Origin: Candidatus Nitrospira inopinata
GTDB taxonomy: Bacteria; Nitrospirota; Nitrospiria; Nitrospirales; Nitrospiraceae
Assembly (NCBI RefSeq): GCF_001458695.1
Contig: NZ_LN885086.1
Span: 2,700,001 to 2,732,000 of the forward strand
Length of the DNA stretch: 32,000 nt
Direction: 5' to 3'
Positions within the stretch are counted from its first letter, which is position 1, and every line of letters begins with the position of its first letter. The position numbers and the translations under genes are program-made. This document shows, one piece after another, positions 22,857 through 32,000 of this stretch. The notes below the pieces were generated by a model that did not search any database, was not told the origin of the DNA, and worked only from the letters and a program-made list of their open reading frames with translations.

Positions 22857-23216
22857 CTACTCTTCGGCCTGAGTCTTCGACGGCGTGGCGGTGTCGTCAA
22901 CGTACACGCTGAGTTCTTTCTTGATTTCCTGAGCGTCCTCGCCGGTCATCATGGCGATGCGCTCGGTCTCGCCGTCTTTTCCGCGCTTGGCCTCTTTCAT
23001 CGCCTCACGCGCGCTTTTTCCGGTTAAATACGGAACCTTGCCGCGCAAGACTTCGTCGAGCGCGATGGTCGTCTCTTTGGTGAAGCGCGAACTCCCGACC
23101 GGTTTCGCCCCTTGCGTGAGGTGTTTGGCCCGCTGGGCGGCGACGATCACCAACCGGTAACGAGAATCGAATTGTTCGGGTGTATACTGCGGCAACAAAT
23201 TCAACATATCCGCCAT
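22857..23216 (-). CDS. rpoZ: DNA-directed RNA polymerase subunit omega
   Basis: FDSRYRLVIVAAQRAKHL motif, plus the conserved position between gmk and coaBC. Confidence 0.9.
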   Translation of the reverse strand: MADMLNLLPQYTPEQFDSRYRLVIVAAQRAKHLTQGAKPVGSSRFTKETTIALDEVLRGKVPYLTGKSAREAMKEAKRGKDGETERIAMMTGEDAQEIKKELSVYVDDTATPSKTQAEE

Positions 23217-23233
23217 AGTGACTGCTCCTCTTC

Positions 23234-23950
23234 TTATATGGATGGAGAATGGCTCCGATTGCCCTGCATGGCGTCTGCGTCGAGCGCGAATCGGCGCTCA
23301 AACCAGCTCGTGTCCACCCGCGAAGTCTTGAGCCGCTCGGCAAGAAAGACGCTTTGCAGATCTCGAAGGGACTGCGACAAATCATCGTTCAAGACGATAT
23401 ACCCATATTCGCGAAAACTGCGGACTTCTTCTTTCACCTTTTGGAGCCGGCGACGGATCTCTTCCGGCGTATCCGAGCCCCGTCCTTCAAGTCGAACTCG
23501 CAGCGTATCAAGGGACGGTGGAAGAATGAAAATCAAGACGGCATCCTCAAAATGTTTTTTGATTTGGAGCGCCCCTTGCACGTCGATTTCGAGTAATACG
23601 TCGATGCCTTGCGTCATCCTGTCGATCAAGACCGCTCGCGGCGTCCCGTACCAATTGCCGTACACGTGGGCGTATTCCAAGAATTCTTGGCGAGCCACCA
23701 TGTCCTGGAACACGGGCTCTTCGACAAAATGGTATTCGCGTCCGCTCTCTTCTCCAACACGCGGCTTTCTCGTCGTATAGGAGATGGAATGCCACAACCC
23801 TGGAACGGAGGCCACCAACCGCTTGCAGAGCGTCGTTTTACCCGTCCCGGACGGAGCTGAAACGACAAAAAGAATCCCTTTCCGCCGATAGGGATAGTGC
23901 CCCGATCCATGGTCGCCCTGTTGCGCCTCGACCGACATCACGGTAGTCAT
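23234..23950 (-). CDS. gmk: Guanylate kinase
   Basis: P-loop SAPSGTGKTTL, SYTTRKPRVGE and HVYGNWYGT. The ATG at 23950 overlaps the yicC stop as ATGA, which supports the long N-terminus. Confidence 0.93.
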   Translation of the reverse strand: MTTVMSVEAQQGDHGSGHYPYRRKGILFVVSAPSGTGKTTLCKRLVASVPGLWHSISYTTRKPRVGEESGREYHFVEEPVFQDMVARQEFLEYAHVYGNWYGTPRAVLIDRMTQGIDVLLEIDVQGALQIKKHFEDAVLIFILPPSLDTLRVRLEGRGSDTPEEIRRRLQKVKEEVRSFREYGYIVLNDDLSQSLRDLQSVFLAERLKTSRVDTSWFERRFALDADAMQGNRSHSPSI

Positions 23951-24825
23951 TCCACGTTTTGGACTTGCTCGCGAAGACGTTCCAGCTCCGCCTTCATCTG
24001 CACCACGGCTCCGGTGACCGCAAGATCGCCGGCTTTCGAGCCGATGGTGTTCACTTCTCGTCCCATTTCCTGAATGAGAAAATCCAACGTTTTTCCAGCC
24101 GGTTGAGTGCTTTCGACCGTTTCCTGAAACTGTATCATATGTGCGTTGAGTCTGACCAATTCTTCCGTGATATCGCTTCGGTCCGCATATACGGCCAGTT
24201 CTTGGTAAAGCCGTTGGACGTCCGGCATCTCCCCATTGAGCAGACGCTGAACCCGTTCTTTCATGCGGGAGAACGATTCTTGTGTCGTAACCGGGGCCCG
24301 TTCCGCAATCCGTTTCTTAAGTCCGTCGATTGTCTTCAGGCGATCCAAGAGATCACGGGCGAGCATCGCCCCTTCTTTTTTCCTCATTGCGACGAGATCT
24401 TTGATCGCCTGCGCCCCGAGCTTTTCCACCAGCTTCGCGAGTTTCGGATCGTCGGCCGGCTGATCCGAAAGAACGAAAATATCGCGAAACCCCGCGACAA
24501 GTCGGATATCAAGGGGGCCTCTCAGCTTTAAGGTTCGCTGAAGAGATCGAAGGGCGTCATGGTACTGTTTTGCCATCCCAGCGTCAAGGTGAAGAGCCCT
24601 CGTGCCCGCCCTTCCCCCTTGCAACATGACGGTCAGTTCAATGCGGCCTCTGGCGCAGTGATCCTGCACGGCTTTTTTGAGTCGGTCCTCAAGGACTCCC
24701 ATGGACTTGGGAACGCGGATCGCGACCTCCAAAAACCGGTGGTTCACGGATCGCACTTCGACGGTCACGCTCCCATCCGACCAGGCTGCCTGCCGTCGAC
24801 CGAATCCCGTCATGCTTGTAATCAT
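23947..24825 (-). CDS. yicC: YicC-family stress-induced protein
   Basis: Start chosen at ATG 24825 (MITSMTGFGR, the canonical YicC N-terminus). It overlaps the nth stop as ATGA. The longer listed ORF (to 25185) runs inside nth. Confidence 0.9.
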   Translation of the reverse strand: MITSMTGFGRRQAAWSDGSVTVEVRSVNHRFLEVAIRVPKSMGVLEDRLKKAVQDHCARGRIELTVMLQGGRAGTRALHLDAGMAKQYHDALRSLQRTLKLRGPLDIRLVAGFRDIFVLSDQPADDPKLAKLVEKLGAQAIKDLVAMRKKEGAMLARDLLDRLKTIDGLKKRIAERAPVTTQESFSRMKERVQRLLNGEMPDVQRLYQELAVYADRSDITEELVRLNAHMIQFQETVESTQPAGKTLDFLIQEMGREVNTIGSKAGDLAVTGAVVQMKAELERLREQVQNVE

Positions 24826-25475
24826 CGCCGTCGCTTTCCTTTCCAATGACACAGGTCGTACAACGGACAGGCGCCGCACCGGGGCATTCGTGCAAGACAC
24901 ACGTATCGCCCGTGCAACAAGAGTCGCTGAGACAGGCCGGTCCATTGACGTCGAGGGAACAAGCGCTGCAGATCGTGCTCGATGCGTTCCGGATCGTCGG
25001 AGTCGGTCAAATTCAACCGATTGGCCACACGTTTGACATGGGTGTCCACGACGACGGCGGGACGGCCGAAGGCGGCGCCCAGAATAACGTTGGCGGTCTT
25101 TCTCCCCACCCCGGGAAGAGAGGTCAGCTCCTCCATCGTCGTCGGAACTGTTCCGTGAAATCGCTCCGCGATGGCTCGCCCGCATTCGATCACGTGTTTT
25201 GCTTTGGTTTTATAAAATCCGGTCGGCTTAATGATCGACTCGATCTCCGTCGGATCCGCCAGCGCCATATGACGGGGGCTCTGATATCGACGAAACAACT
25301 CCGGCGTGACTTGATTCACCCGACGATCGGTGCATTGCGCGGAAAGGATCGTGGCCACCAACAATTCCCATGGAGAATGATAGTCCAGCTCGACCTTCGC
25401 GGTTTTCATGGCTCTCATGAGAACGGCCGCAATCGCGGCCGGACGATCGCCATGGATGGGCGTTCGCGTTGTCAC
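24822..25475 (-). CDS. nth: Endonuclease III (DNA glycosylase/AP lyase)
   Basis: HhH motif LTSLPGVGRKTANVILG and a C-terminal [4Fe-4S] ligand pattern, C-x6-C-x2-C-x5-C (CLARMPRCGACPLYDLC). Confidence 0.95.
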   Translation of the reverse strand: MTTRTPIHGDRPAAIAAVLMRAMKTAKVELDYHSPWELLVATILSAQCTDRRVNQVTPELFRRYQSPRHMALADPTEIESIIKPTGFYKTKAKHVIECGRAIAERFHGTVPTTMEELTSLPGVGRKTANVILGAAFGRPAVVVDTHVKRVANRLNLTDSDDPERIEHDLQRLFPRRQWTGLSQRLLLHGRYVCLARMPRCGACPLYDLCHWKGKRRR

Positions 25476-25502
25476 GGTCGGTCCCCGGATCGATGTGGCC
25501 GA

Positions 25503-27242
25503 TCAATGGAAGACAAGGTCGGCGCTCTCTTGGGAGACATACGTTGAAGGACCTTCTTGATGCCCCGGTATCGATCTTGACGCGGCCTTCTCGATCACCT
25601 CCAACAACGGAGGCCACGTGTGGGGTTGGAGCGCGGAGATGCCGATCGCGCGATAGCGGCGACAGAGCAGCTCCACCTGCTGAGCAGGCAGTCGATCACA
25701 CTTATTGAAGACGAGCACGCGCGGAATTTCATCCAAATCGAGATCCCGTACAATGTCGGCGACGGCCGCAATCTGCATGTCGATGTCCGTCACGCCGGCG
25801 TCGACGACGTGAAGCAACAAATCCGCTTCGCGTAATCCTTCCAACGTCGCGCGGAACGTTCGAACCAATTCCTGCGGAAGATCGCGAATAAACCCGACGG
25901 TATCGGTAATAATGATTTCGCGGTCTCGAGGGAAACGAAGGCGTCGGCTCGTGGTATCCAACGTCTCAAACAGCCTGTCTTTGGCGGACACGCAGCTACC
26001 GGTCAATTGATTCAACAGCGTGGATTTTCCCGCGTTGGTGTATCCGACAAGCGACACGATCGGAAGACCGTATCGCCGGCGTCTGACTCGGCGTCGGTCT
26101 TGCTGTTTGGAAAACAGTTCAAGCTCCCGCTCAAGGCGCGTAATGCGATCCCGAATCCGACGGCGATCGGTTTCCAGTTTTGTTTCTCCGGGTCCTCTGG
26201 CGCCGATTCCGCCGCCGAGTCTGGACAGATCAGCCCCCTTCCCTGAAAGTCTGGGAAGCAGGTACCGTAGCTGCGCCAGCTCGACCTGTACTTTCCCTTC
26301 ACGACTGTGCGCTCTTCTGGCAAAAATATCCAGAATCAATTGCGTCCGGTCGATCACTTTGATGTCGGTCATTTCGGCGATGGCACGCGATTGGGCCGGC
26401 GTCAACGTTTGATCGATGATCACCATGTCCGCTCCCTGATGAAGCGTTCGGATCAACACCTCCTTCAATTTTCCGCTCCCCAGTAAATACCGTTGATGCC
26501 CTTCGTCCGTCCGTTGCACGACGCGATCAATCACGGTTACACCGGCTGAACGGGCTAGCTCGGCAAGCTCGGCCAAACGTTCCTCCTGCTCGCCCCGTCC
26601 CCGAGGCGACGCGCTTACCAACATAGCGGCCTCATGACCGTTCTTGATAACTTGGTGACTGCGGGCGGCTTGGACCTTTGCCTCCAGTTCTTCGATAAAT
26701 CGGTCGAATCGAATGGCGCAGCGATGGAACGGAACGGCTCCCAAAACGTTGCAAAGCCTATTTTCCCCGTTGGGTGGAAGAATGTGCGCGAGATAAAGAT
26801 AACCGGGGGTTCCCTCGGATGAGACAGAAAGGGTGCCGATCAAGTCGAGCCGCAGATAAGCAAGGTCGGTGATGGCCTCTTGGCTCAGCGGTTGATCATG
26901 CAGTTGCGTTCGGATAAATCGCAATCCTCGCAACGACCGAGGGCCGGCCCTGAACTTTGCCGCCGTCGCAGGGGTCAAACACAAATCGGTTCCTACAATG
27001 ACTTCCTGGACAATTCCCCGTCTCGTCAGAACAACCCCGATGGGACGGCGGACATCAAGAGTCAGTTGACTCATGGTTTTGGCCAACTCTGATCCCAAGA
27101 CCTGGTCCGCCGCCACACGGCGTCGATACAGCCGCTCGATCGCCGCGATTTGGCTCGGCCGAAGGCCGGCTATCTGGCCACGCACCTCAGGAATGGAGAG
27201 CCTCCTCTCTCCGAACGCCTCCGACATCGAGCAAAGACTCAA
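25503..27242 (-). CDS. hflX: GTPase HflX with a ~200-aa N-terminal extension
   Basis: HflX N-domain (VIDRTQLILDIFARRAHSREGKVQVELAQLRYLLPRL), G1 GYTNAGKST, G3 DTVGF and G4 NKCD. ATG 27242 would overlap tsaD by 56 nt. An alternative GTG at 27185 starts 1 nt after the tsaD stop. Confidence 0.9.
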   Translation of the reverse strand: MSLCSMSEAFGERRLSIPEVRGQIAGLRPSQIAAIERLYRRRVAADQVLGSELAKTMSQLTLDVRRPIGVVLTRRGIVQEVIVGTDLCLTPATAAKFRAGPRSLRGLRFIRTQLHDQPLSQEAITDLAYLRLDLIGTLSVSSEGTPGYLYLAHILPPNGENRLCNVLGAVPFHRCAIRFDRFIEELEAKVQAARSHQVIKNGHEAAMLVSASPRGRGEQEERLAELAELARSAGVTVIDRVVQRTDEGHQRYLLGSGKLKEVLIRTLHQGADMVIIDQTLTPAQSRAIAEMTDIKVIDRTQLILDIFARRAHSREGKVQVELAQLRYLLPRLSGKGADLSRLGGGIGARGPGETKLETDRRRIRDRITRLERELELFSKQQDRRRVRRRRYGLPIVSLVGYTNAGKSTLLNQLTGSCVSAKDRLFETLDTTSRRLRFPRDREIIITDTVGFIRDLPQELVRTFRATLEGLREADLLLHVVDAGVTDIDMQIAAVADIVRDLDLDEIPRVLVFNKCDRLPAQQVELLCRRYRAIGISALQPHTWPPLLEVIEKAASRSIPGHQEGPSTYVSQESADLVFH

Positions 27243-28269
27243 CCTGAAGCGTCGGTTGAATATCGAAGTCTCTCGTCCAGCACTGATGAGTCATCAAGGC
27301 ATGCCGGCCCGCCACAGCGATCATGGCCGCGTTGTCCGTACAATATTCGATGGGAGGCACGATAAGCCTTACTCCTTCTTGATGTGCGCGATCCCGAAGC
27401 AGCGTCCGTAATCTGCTGTTCGCCGACACTCCTCCGACGACCGCCAGAGCGGCGAGTCTCTCCTGAACAAGCGCCACAAACGCCTTCGTGACCAACGTGT
27501 GCACGATCGCTTCCTGGTATCCTGCCGCCAGATCGGCGACGTGCCTTGCCCGCTCCTCTTGATTCATATCTCGCAGCTTGTACAGCAACGACGTCTTCAG
27601 CCCGCTGAAACTGAAATCTAAACGACTGTTCCGATGATGGAGGCGGGGAAACTGAATCGCATTCGGATCACCGTGTTTTGCGAGCTTATCGATCGCCGGC
27701 CCCCCCGGAAATTCCAAACCCAGCATCTGCGCGCCCTTATCAAAGGCCTCTCCCGCCGCATCATCCCTCGTACAGCCCAGTAAGACGCAGCGGCCGGTCC
27801 GTTCCCGTCTGAATAAATGGGTATGACCACCGGAGACGACCAACACAATGCACGGGAGGGGAAAATCCGAATCGGCAAGCCAGGCCGAAGAAATATGTCC
27901 TTCCAGATGATTGACTCCGATCAACGGAATGTTGAGGCCATAGCTGAGGGCTTTGGCATAATTGACGCCCACCAAGAGCGAGCCCGCCAACCCCGGTCCT
28001 CTGGTCACGGCAATCGCTCCAAGGTCTTTTTTCTCGATGCAGGCTTGTTTTAGAGCCTCGTTGACGACTCCGTTGATCATTCCGATATGGGCTCGGGCTG
28101 CCAATTCAGGCACCACCCCGCCGAACTTCCGGTGAACGGCAATTTGGGATGAAATGACATTCGACAACACCCGACCGTCTGCATCGATGACAGCCGCGGC
28201 CGTTTCATCGCACGAGGATTCGACCCCAAGGACGGGGCGTGGGTCCCATGCAAAATTGCTTGCTAACAT
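27187..28269 (-). CDS. tsaD: tRNA N6-adenosine threonylcarbamoyltransferase TsaD
   Basis: LGVESSCDETAAAV, GVNHLEGHI (metal-binding His pair), VSGGHTH and VGGVSANSRLR. Confidence 0.95.
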   Translation of the reverse strand: MLASNFAWDPRPVLGVESSCDETAAAVIDADGRVLSNVISSQIAVHRKFGGVVPELAARAHIGMINGVVNEALKQACIEKKDLGAIAVTRGPGLAGSLLVGVNYAKALSYGLNIPLIGVNHLEGHISSAWLADSDFPLPCIVLVVSGGHTHLFRRERTGRCVLLGCTRDDAAGEAFDKGAQMLGLEFPGGPAIDKLAKHGDPNAIQFPRLHHRNSRLDFSFSGLKTSLLYKLRDMNQEERARHVADLAAGYQEAIVHTLVTKAFVALVQERLAALAVVGGVSANSRLRTLLRDRAHQEGVRLIVPPIEYCTDNAAMIAVAGRHALMTHQCWTRDFDIQPTLQVESLLDVGGVRREEALHS

Positions 28270-28398
28270 TGTTTGGAAGCCAAAACTTGCGGATGAATTG
28301 GAATGCCGAATTACGGCACAATCAAAAAATGACCGCTTGGACTCTCGGGCTTGTCAAACACCCCGATCACAATCGAACCGCCGCCGCTCTCAGAAACT

Positions 28399-30825
28399 CT
28401 ACACACCTGCCATCGCTTCTTGTTGAATAAAGACAGGCGCACCGTCCCGAAGCACCACTTTGACCTTTCGACACTCTTTGAAGCGGCCGCGGATGAGCTC
28501 GTCGGAGAGAGGATCGCCGATCGCCCGCTGAATCGCTCGGCGCATCGGCCTCGCTCCGTACAATGGTTCGTACCCCTCTTTGATAAGCCATTGCTTCACT
28601 TCGTCATCGACTTCTATTTCAATTCCCTTCTCAAGAAGGCGGTTGTTCAGCTCCCGAATCAAAATGTCCAGAATGCTATACAGATGGTCTTTCTCCAATT
28701 GATGGAAGATAACGATTTCGTCGATTCGGTTCAAAAACTCCGGGCTGAACGACTTGCGCAGCTCCCCCATCACTTCTTCCTTCTTTCGGCGGGCGACTTC
28801 ATCTTCGGTGCTTTGGAATCCCAGCGAAACTCCCTTCTGGATGTTCTTTGTCCCGATATTGGATGTCATAATGACAACCGTGTTCTTGAAGTCCACCTTT
28901 CGACCCAGGCTATCCGTCAACACTCCATCGTCCAGCACTTGAAGCAAGACGTTGAAAACGTCAGGATGTGCCTTTTCAATTTCATCGAACAGAACGACCG
29001 AATAGGGCCGGCGCCGAACCTTTTCGGTGAGCTGCCCCCCTTCCTCGTAACCTACGTAGCCGGGCGGAGCGCCAAAAAGTCGCGAGCTGGTGAATTTCTC
29101 CTGATATTCTGACATGTCAACCCGAATCAATGCGTCTTCGCTGTTGAAGAGAAACTCCGCCAACGTCCTCGCCAGTTCGGTCTTTCCAACCCCTGTGGGT
29201 CCCAAAAAGATGAATGAACCGATCGGCTTCTTGGCCTCTTTTAAACCGGCGCGCGACCGCCGAATCGCTCGGGCAACCGCTGAAATGGCCTCATCTTGGC
29301 CGACGACGCGTTTATGGAGAAACTCTTCCATTCTCAGCAGCTTGTTAGACTCTTCTTCTTCCAGCTTAAAAAGCGGAATGCCGGTCATCTTGGAAACCAC
29401 ATAGGCGACGTCTTCTTTGCCGATGACGGGCTTGTTCTTCTCTTGGCTCTTTTTCCATTCCCGCTTCGACTCGTCCAACAGTTTGCGCAGCCGCTCTTCC
29501 TCTTCTCGATAACGAACGGCTTCCTCAAAATTCTGCATGGAAATCGACAGCTCTTTTTCCCGAGACACTTTTTTGAGTTCTTGTTCCATCGCTTTCAATT
29601 CCGACGGAAGCGCATACGTCTGCAGCTTGGCACGCGAGCCGGTCTCGTCGATCAAATCGATCGCTTTATCGGGCAAAAACCGATCCGTGATGTATCGATC
29701 GGAAAGTTTGACGGCTTCCACGATCGCTTCTTCCGTAATTTCGACTCCATGATGCTCTTCATACCGATCCCGCAAGCCATTAATGATCTGAATCGTTTCA
29801 TCCACACTGGGAGGCTGCACATAAATAGGCTGAAACCGCCGCTTCAACGCCCCGTCTTTTTCGATATGCTTTCTGTATTCATCCAAAGTCGTCGCGCCGA
29901 TACATTGAATTTCTCCTCGCGAGAGAGCTGGCTTGAGCATGTTCGACGCATCTATAGAACCCTCGGCCGCCCCGGCTCCGACCAACGTGTGAAGCTCATC
30001 AATGAAAATAATGATGTTGCCGGCCTGCACGATTTCTTTCATCACGACCTTGAGCCGTTCTTCAAATTGGCCCCTGTACTTTGTGCCGGCCACCAACGAA
30101 CCCAAATCCAAGGCAATGACCCGCCTGGATAGCAGATTATCGGGAACCTCGGACTGGACGATCCGCTGGGCCAATCCTTCAACGATCGCGGTTTTGCCCA
30201 CCCCCGACTCGCCGATGAGCACGGGATTATTTTTGCTTCTTCGGCTCAGAATTTGAAGAACCCGCTCGATTTCATCCGCCCTTCCGATCACCGGATCCAG
30301 TTGACCCTCTTGAGCCAACTGGGTCAGGTCACGCCCGAATTCATCCAGCGCCGGCGTATTGCTTTTCCGATCGCGCTCGCGAGGAGCGGACTTTCGCAAG
30401 AAGGTCACCGTCAATTGCCGGGCGGTCAGCAAATTGGCCCCCAAGCTTCGAAGGATTTTCCCGCCGATGCCCTCTTCCTCGCGCAGCAGACCCAGGAGCA
30501 GATGCTCGCTTCCGATGTGGTTATGACCCAATAATCTGGCTTCCTCGACTCCATACTCGATCACTTTTTTTACGCGCGGGCTGAAGGGGATCTCACCGAA
30601 CGTCATGGTCGTCCCCCCTCCAGGGAGATTGCGCTCAATCTCGAGGCGAATTTGCTCGGTAGAAAGCCCCATTTTCTTCAAAATCATGAGGGCGATCCCG
30701 TCCGCCTCGCGCAGGATGGCCAAGACAAGATGCTCCGTCCCCAGGTAATCATTCTGGTGTCGCTCGGCTTCCTCACGCGCAAGGATGATGATTTTCCGAC
30801 CCTTGTCCGTAAATCGTTCGAACAT
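28399..30825 (-). CDS. clpC: ATP-dependent Clp protease ATP-binding subunit ClpC (class I AAA+)
   Basis: [31 protein letters not shown] (Clp_N repeats) and two Walker A motifs ([20 protein letters not shown]). There is a UVR-like middle region ([31 protein letters not shown]). Confidence 0.95.
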   Translation of the reverse strand: MFERFTDKGRKIIILAREEAERHQNDYLGTEHLVLAILREADGIALMILKKMGLSTEQIRLEIERNLPGGGTTMTFGEIPFSPRVKKVIEYGVEEARLLGHNHIGSEHLLLGLLREEEGIGGKILRSLGANLLTARQLTVTFLRKSAPRERDRKSNTPALDEFGRDLTQLAQEGQLDPVIGRADEIERVLQILSRRSKNNPVLIGESGVGKTAIVEGLAQRIVQSEVPDNLLSRRVIALDLGSLVAGTKYRGQFEERLKVVMKEIVQAGNIIIFIDELHTLVGAGAAEGSIDASNMLKPALSRGEIQCIGATTLDEYRKHIEKDGALKRRFQPIYVQPPSVDETIQIINGLRDRYEEHHGVEITEEAIVEAVKLSDRYITDRFLPDKAIDLIDETGSRAKLQTYALPSELKAMEQELKKVSREKELSISMQNFEEAVRYREEEERLRKLLDESKREWKKSQEKNKPVIGKEDVAYVVSKMTGIPLFKLEEEESNKLLRMEEFLHKRVVGQDEAISAVARAIRRSRAGLKEAKKPIGSFIFLGPTGVGKTELARTLAEFLFNSEDALIRVDMSEYQEKFTSSRLFGAPPGYVGYEEGGQLTEKVRRRPYSVVLFDEIEKAHPDVFNVLLQVLDDGVLTDSLGRKVDFKNTVVIMTSNIGTKNIQKGVSLGFQSTEDEVARRKKEEVMGELRKSFSPEFLNRIDEIVIFHQLEKDHLYSILDILIRELNNRLLEKGIEIEVDDEVKQWLIKEGYEPLYGARPMRRAIQRAIGDPLSDELIRGRFKECRKVKVVLRDGAPVFIQQEAMAGV

Positions 30826-30897
30826 CCTGCCTCCTTCTCCTGGATCCCGACCAGCGTAAGATCGCTCGCGAACAAACCATGCGAAAAAGTTGAACTA

Positions 30898-30926
30898 ATT
30901 TTAACCGCGGCATTCCCATGAGTCAA
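30898..30926 (-). promoter_or_regulatory. Candidate sigma70-type promoter for clpC
   Basis: On the minus strand: TTGACT (30926-30921), a 17-nt spacer, then TAAAAT (30903-30898), about 70 nt upstream of the clpC ATG at 30825. A GGAGAAGGAGG SD lies just before the ATG. Confidence 0.5.
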
Positions 30927-31136
30927 GGTTGCTTCCGAAAGAACAGGGTCGATCATCGACAGTCTCTCTAATTCCGATTGCAGGATTGGTCATGGCTATT
31001 GCACAATTGAGCAGTGATGCGACCAGTTGTGCACACCCTCTCCTAGTCGAGAGGGAAAAAGCATCTCGATAGAGCCACTAGAGCCATTGACCTTTCCAAT
31101 AACAAAAACACCCCTCCCGCCCATTCAATTCTCTTT

Positions 31137-31997
31137 ATGAAAAGTAAAACGATCGGGCTGCTCATCAAACCAAAATCCCCTGAAATAAAACCTACTCTCC
31201 AAGGAGTTGTCGCTTGGCTGCGAGAACGGTCCATCCCTGTTCTCCTGGATACAACGGCCGCCGCCCTATTGAACGAACTCGGCGGTATTCAAAAAATACA
31301 ACTGGCCAATCAAGCCGACATCTTGCTCGTCTTAGGGGGAGATGGAACCATTCTGTCCGCCGCCAGGCTGGCTGCGGACAGAAGCATCCCTATTCTTGGC
31401 GTCAATATGGGAGGCCTTGGATTTCTGACGGAAGTGCGGCTCGACAATCTCTACGCCTCTCTTGATCGAGTGTTCGCCAACGACTTTGCGGTCGATGAAC
31501 GATTGATGCTCCAGGCCCACATCCATCGACATGGAGAAACTGTGGCGCAGGGTACCGTCTTAAACGATGTCGTAATCAGCAAAGGCACTCTGGCGCGCAT
31601 GATCGAATTGAAAATCGCGATCCAGGGCCAATTTGTCACCAATCTTCGAGCGGACGGCTTAATCATCAGCACTCCGACAGGTTCAACCGCGTATTCCCTA
31701 TCTGCCGGCGGCCCTATCATCAATCCCTCCGTTCAAGCCTTGATTTTGACCCCCATCAGTCCGCACACGTTGACCCACCGCCCCCTGATCGTTCCGGGGA
31801 ACGTTGACATTGAGGTCACCCTGACCAGCAAGGACGACGGGGCCATGGCGACCCTCGACGGGCAAGTCGGCATCGCCATGGTTCAAGGAGATACCGCGCT
31901 CGTCAGGACTTCCGATCGCCGAACCAAACTGATTCGGTTTCCCGAAAGCCACTACTATGAAGTGCTGAGGGAGAAGCTAAAGTGGGGCGACGGATGA
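31137..31997 (+). CDS. nadK: NAD kinase
   Basis: GGDGTILSAARL, and the NAD-kinase signature TPTGSTAYSLSAGGPI. Length 286 aa. Confidence 0.95.
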   Translation: MKSKTIGLLIKPKSPEIKPTLQGVVAWLRERSIPVLLDTTAAALLNELGGIQKIQLANQADILLVLGGDGTILSAARLAADRSIPILGVNMGGLGFLTEVRLDNLYASLDRVFANDFAVDERLMLQAHIHRHGETVAQGTVLNDVVISKGTLARMIELKIAIQGQFVTNLRADGLIISTPTGSTAYSLSAGGPIINPSVQALILTPISPHTLTHRPLIVPGNVDIEVTLTSKDDGAMATLDGQVGIAMVQGDTALVRTSDRRTKLIRFPESHYYEVLREKLKWGDG

Positions 31998-32000
31998 CGG

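Noticed and set aside
31994-32000. ATG overlapping the nadK stop (ATGA) as the start of the next gene (recN often follows nadK)
   Set aside because: Only 7 nt are visible, so neither a gene nor its identity can be supported.
1-32000. CRISPR arrays, rRNA genes, large tandem repeats, intact integrases/transposases, and toxin-antitoxin pairs
   Set aside because: Reading the sequence and the ORF track, I saw no regularly spaced direct repeats, no rRNA-like segments, no intact recombinase ORF and no convincing small two-gene TA cassette. A computational repeat search would be needed to exclude short dispersed repeats.

Overview
This is a chromosomal segment from a moderately high-GC bacterium. 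MacAB-type efflux genes and OmpA-like peptidoglycan-binding domains suggest a diderm, but I cannot assign a taxon from sequence alone. About 75% of the window is ordinary housekeeping DNA. From ~14.2 kb to ~30.8 kb there is one long, tightly packed minus-strand run: clpC, tsaD, hflX, nth, yicC, gmk, rpoZ, coaBC, a TPR protein, aroQ, efp, accB, accC, then a MacA adaptor with a split MacB-type ATPase and permease. Many junctions in this run are 1-4 nt stop/start overlaps. nadK is divergent at the right edge, and a 5'-truncated MscS-family channel gene sits at the left edge. I found no rRNA genes and no CRISPR array, and one tRNA (anticodon CAT). Two patches look accessory. (1) The ~3.9 kb between the tRNA and a large FtsX-type ABC permease (1623-5507) holds a secreted Lys/Met-rich repeat protein, an orphan stator-like pair and two small ORFans. 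The stator-like pair is a MotA/ExbB/TolQ-like channel protein with a coiled-coil tail plus a MotB/OmpA-like anchor, and I rank it the best candidate here for an undescribed system. It resembles ZorAB architecturally but lacks any known Zorya partner gene. (2) At 11.5-14.26 kb, mraZ is preceded by an excisionase-type HTH gene. Instead of rsmH/ftsL/ftsI, it is followed by a mobile-element scar: a lone RusA-like resolvase, a multiply frameshifted IS200/IS605-type tnpA relic with a perfect 8-bp hairpin, and a lower-GC ORFan. All functional calls rest on motifs I recognise in the supplied translations. No database search was run.
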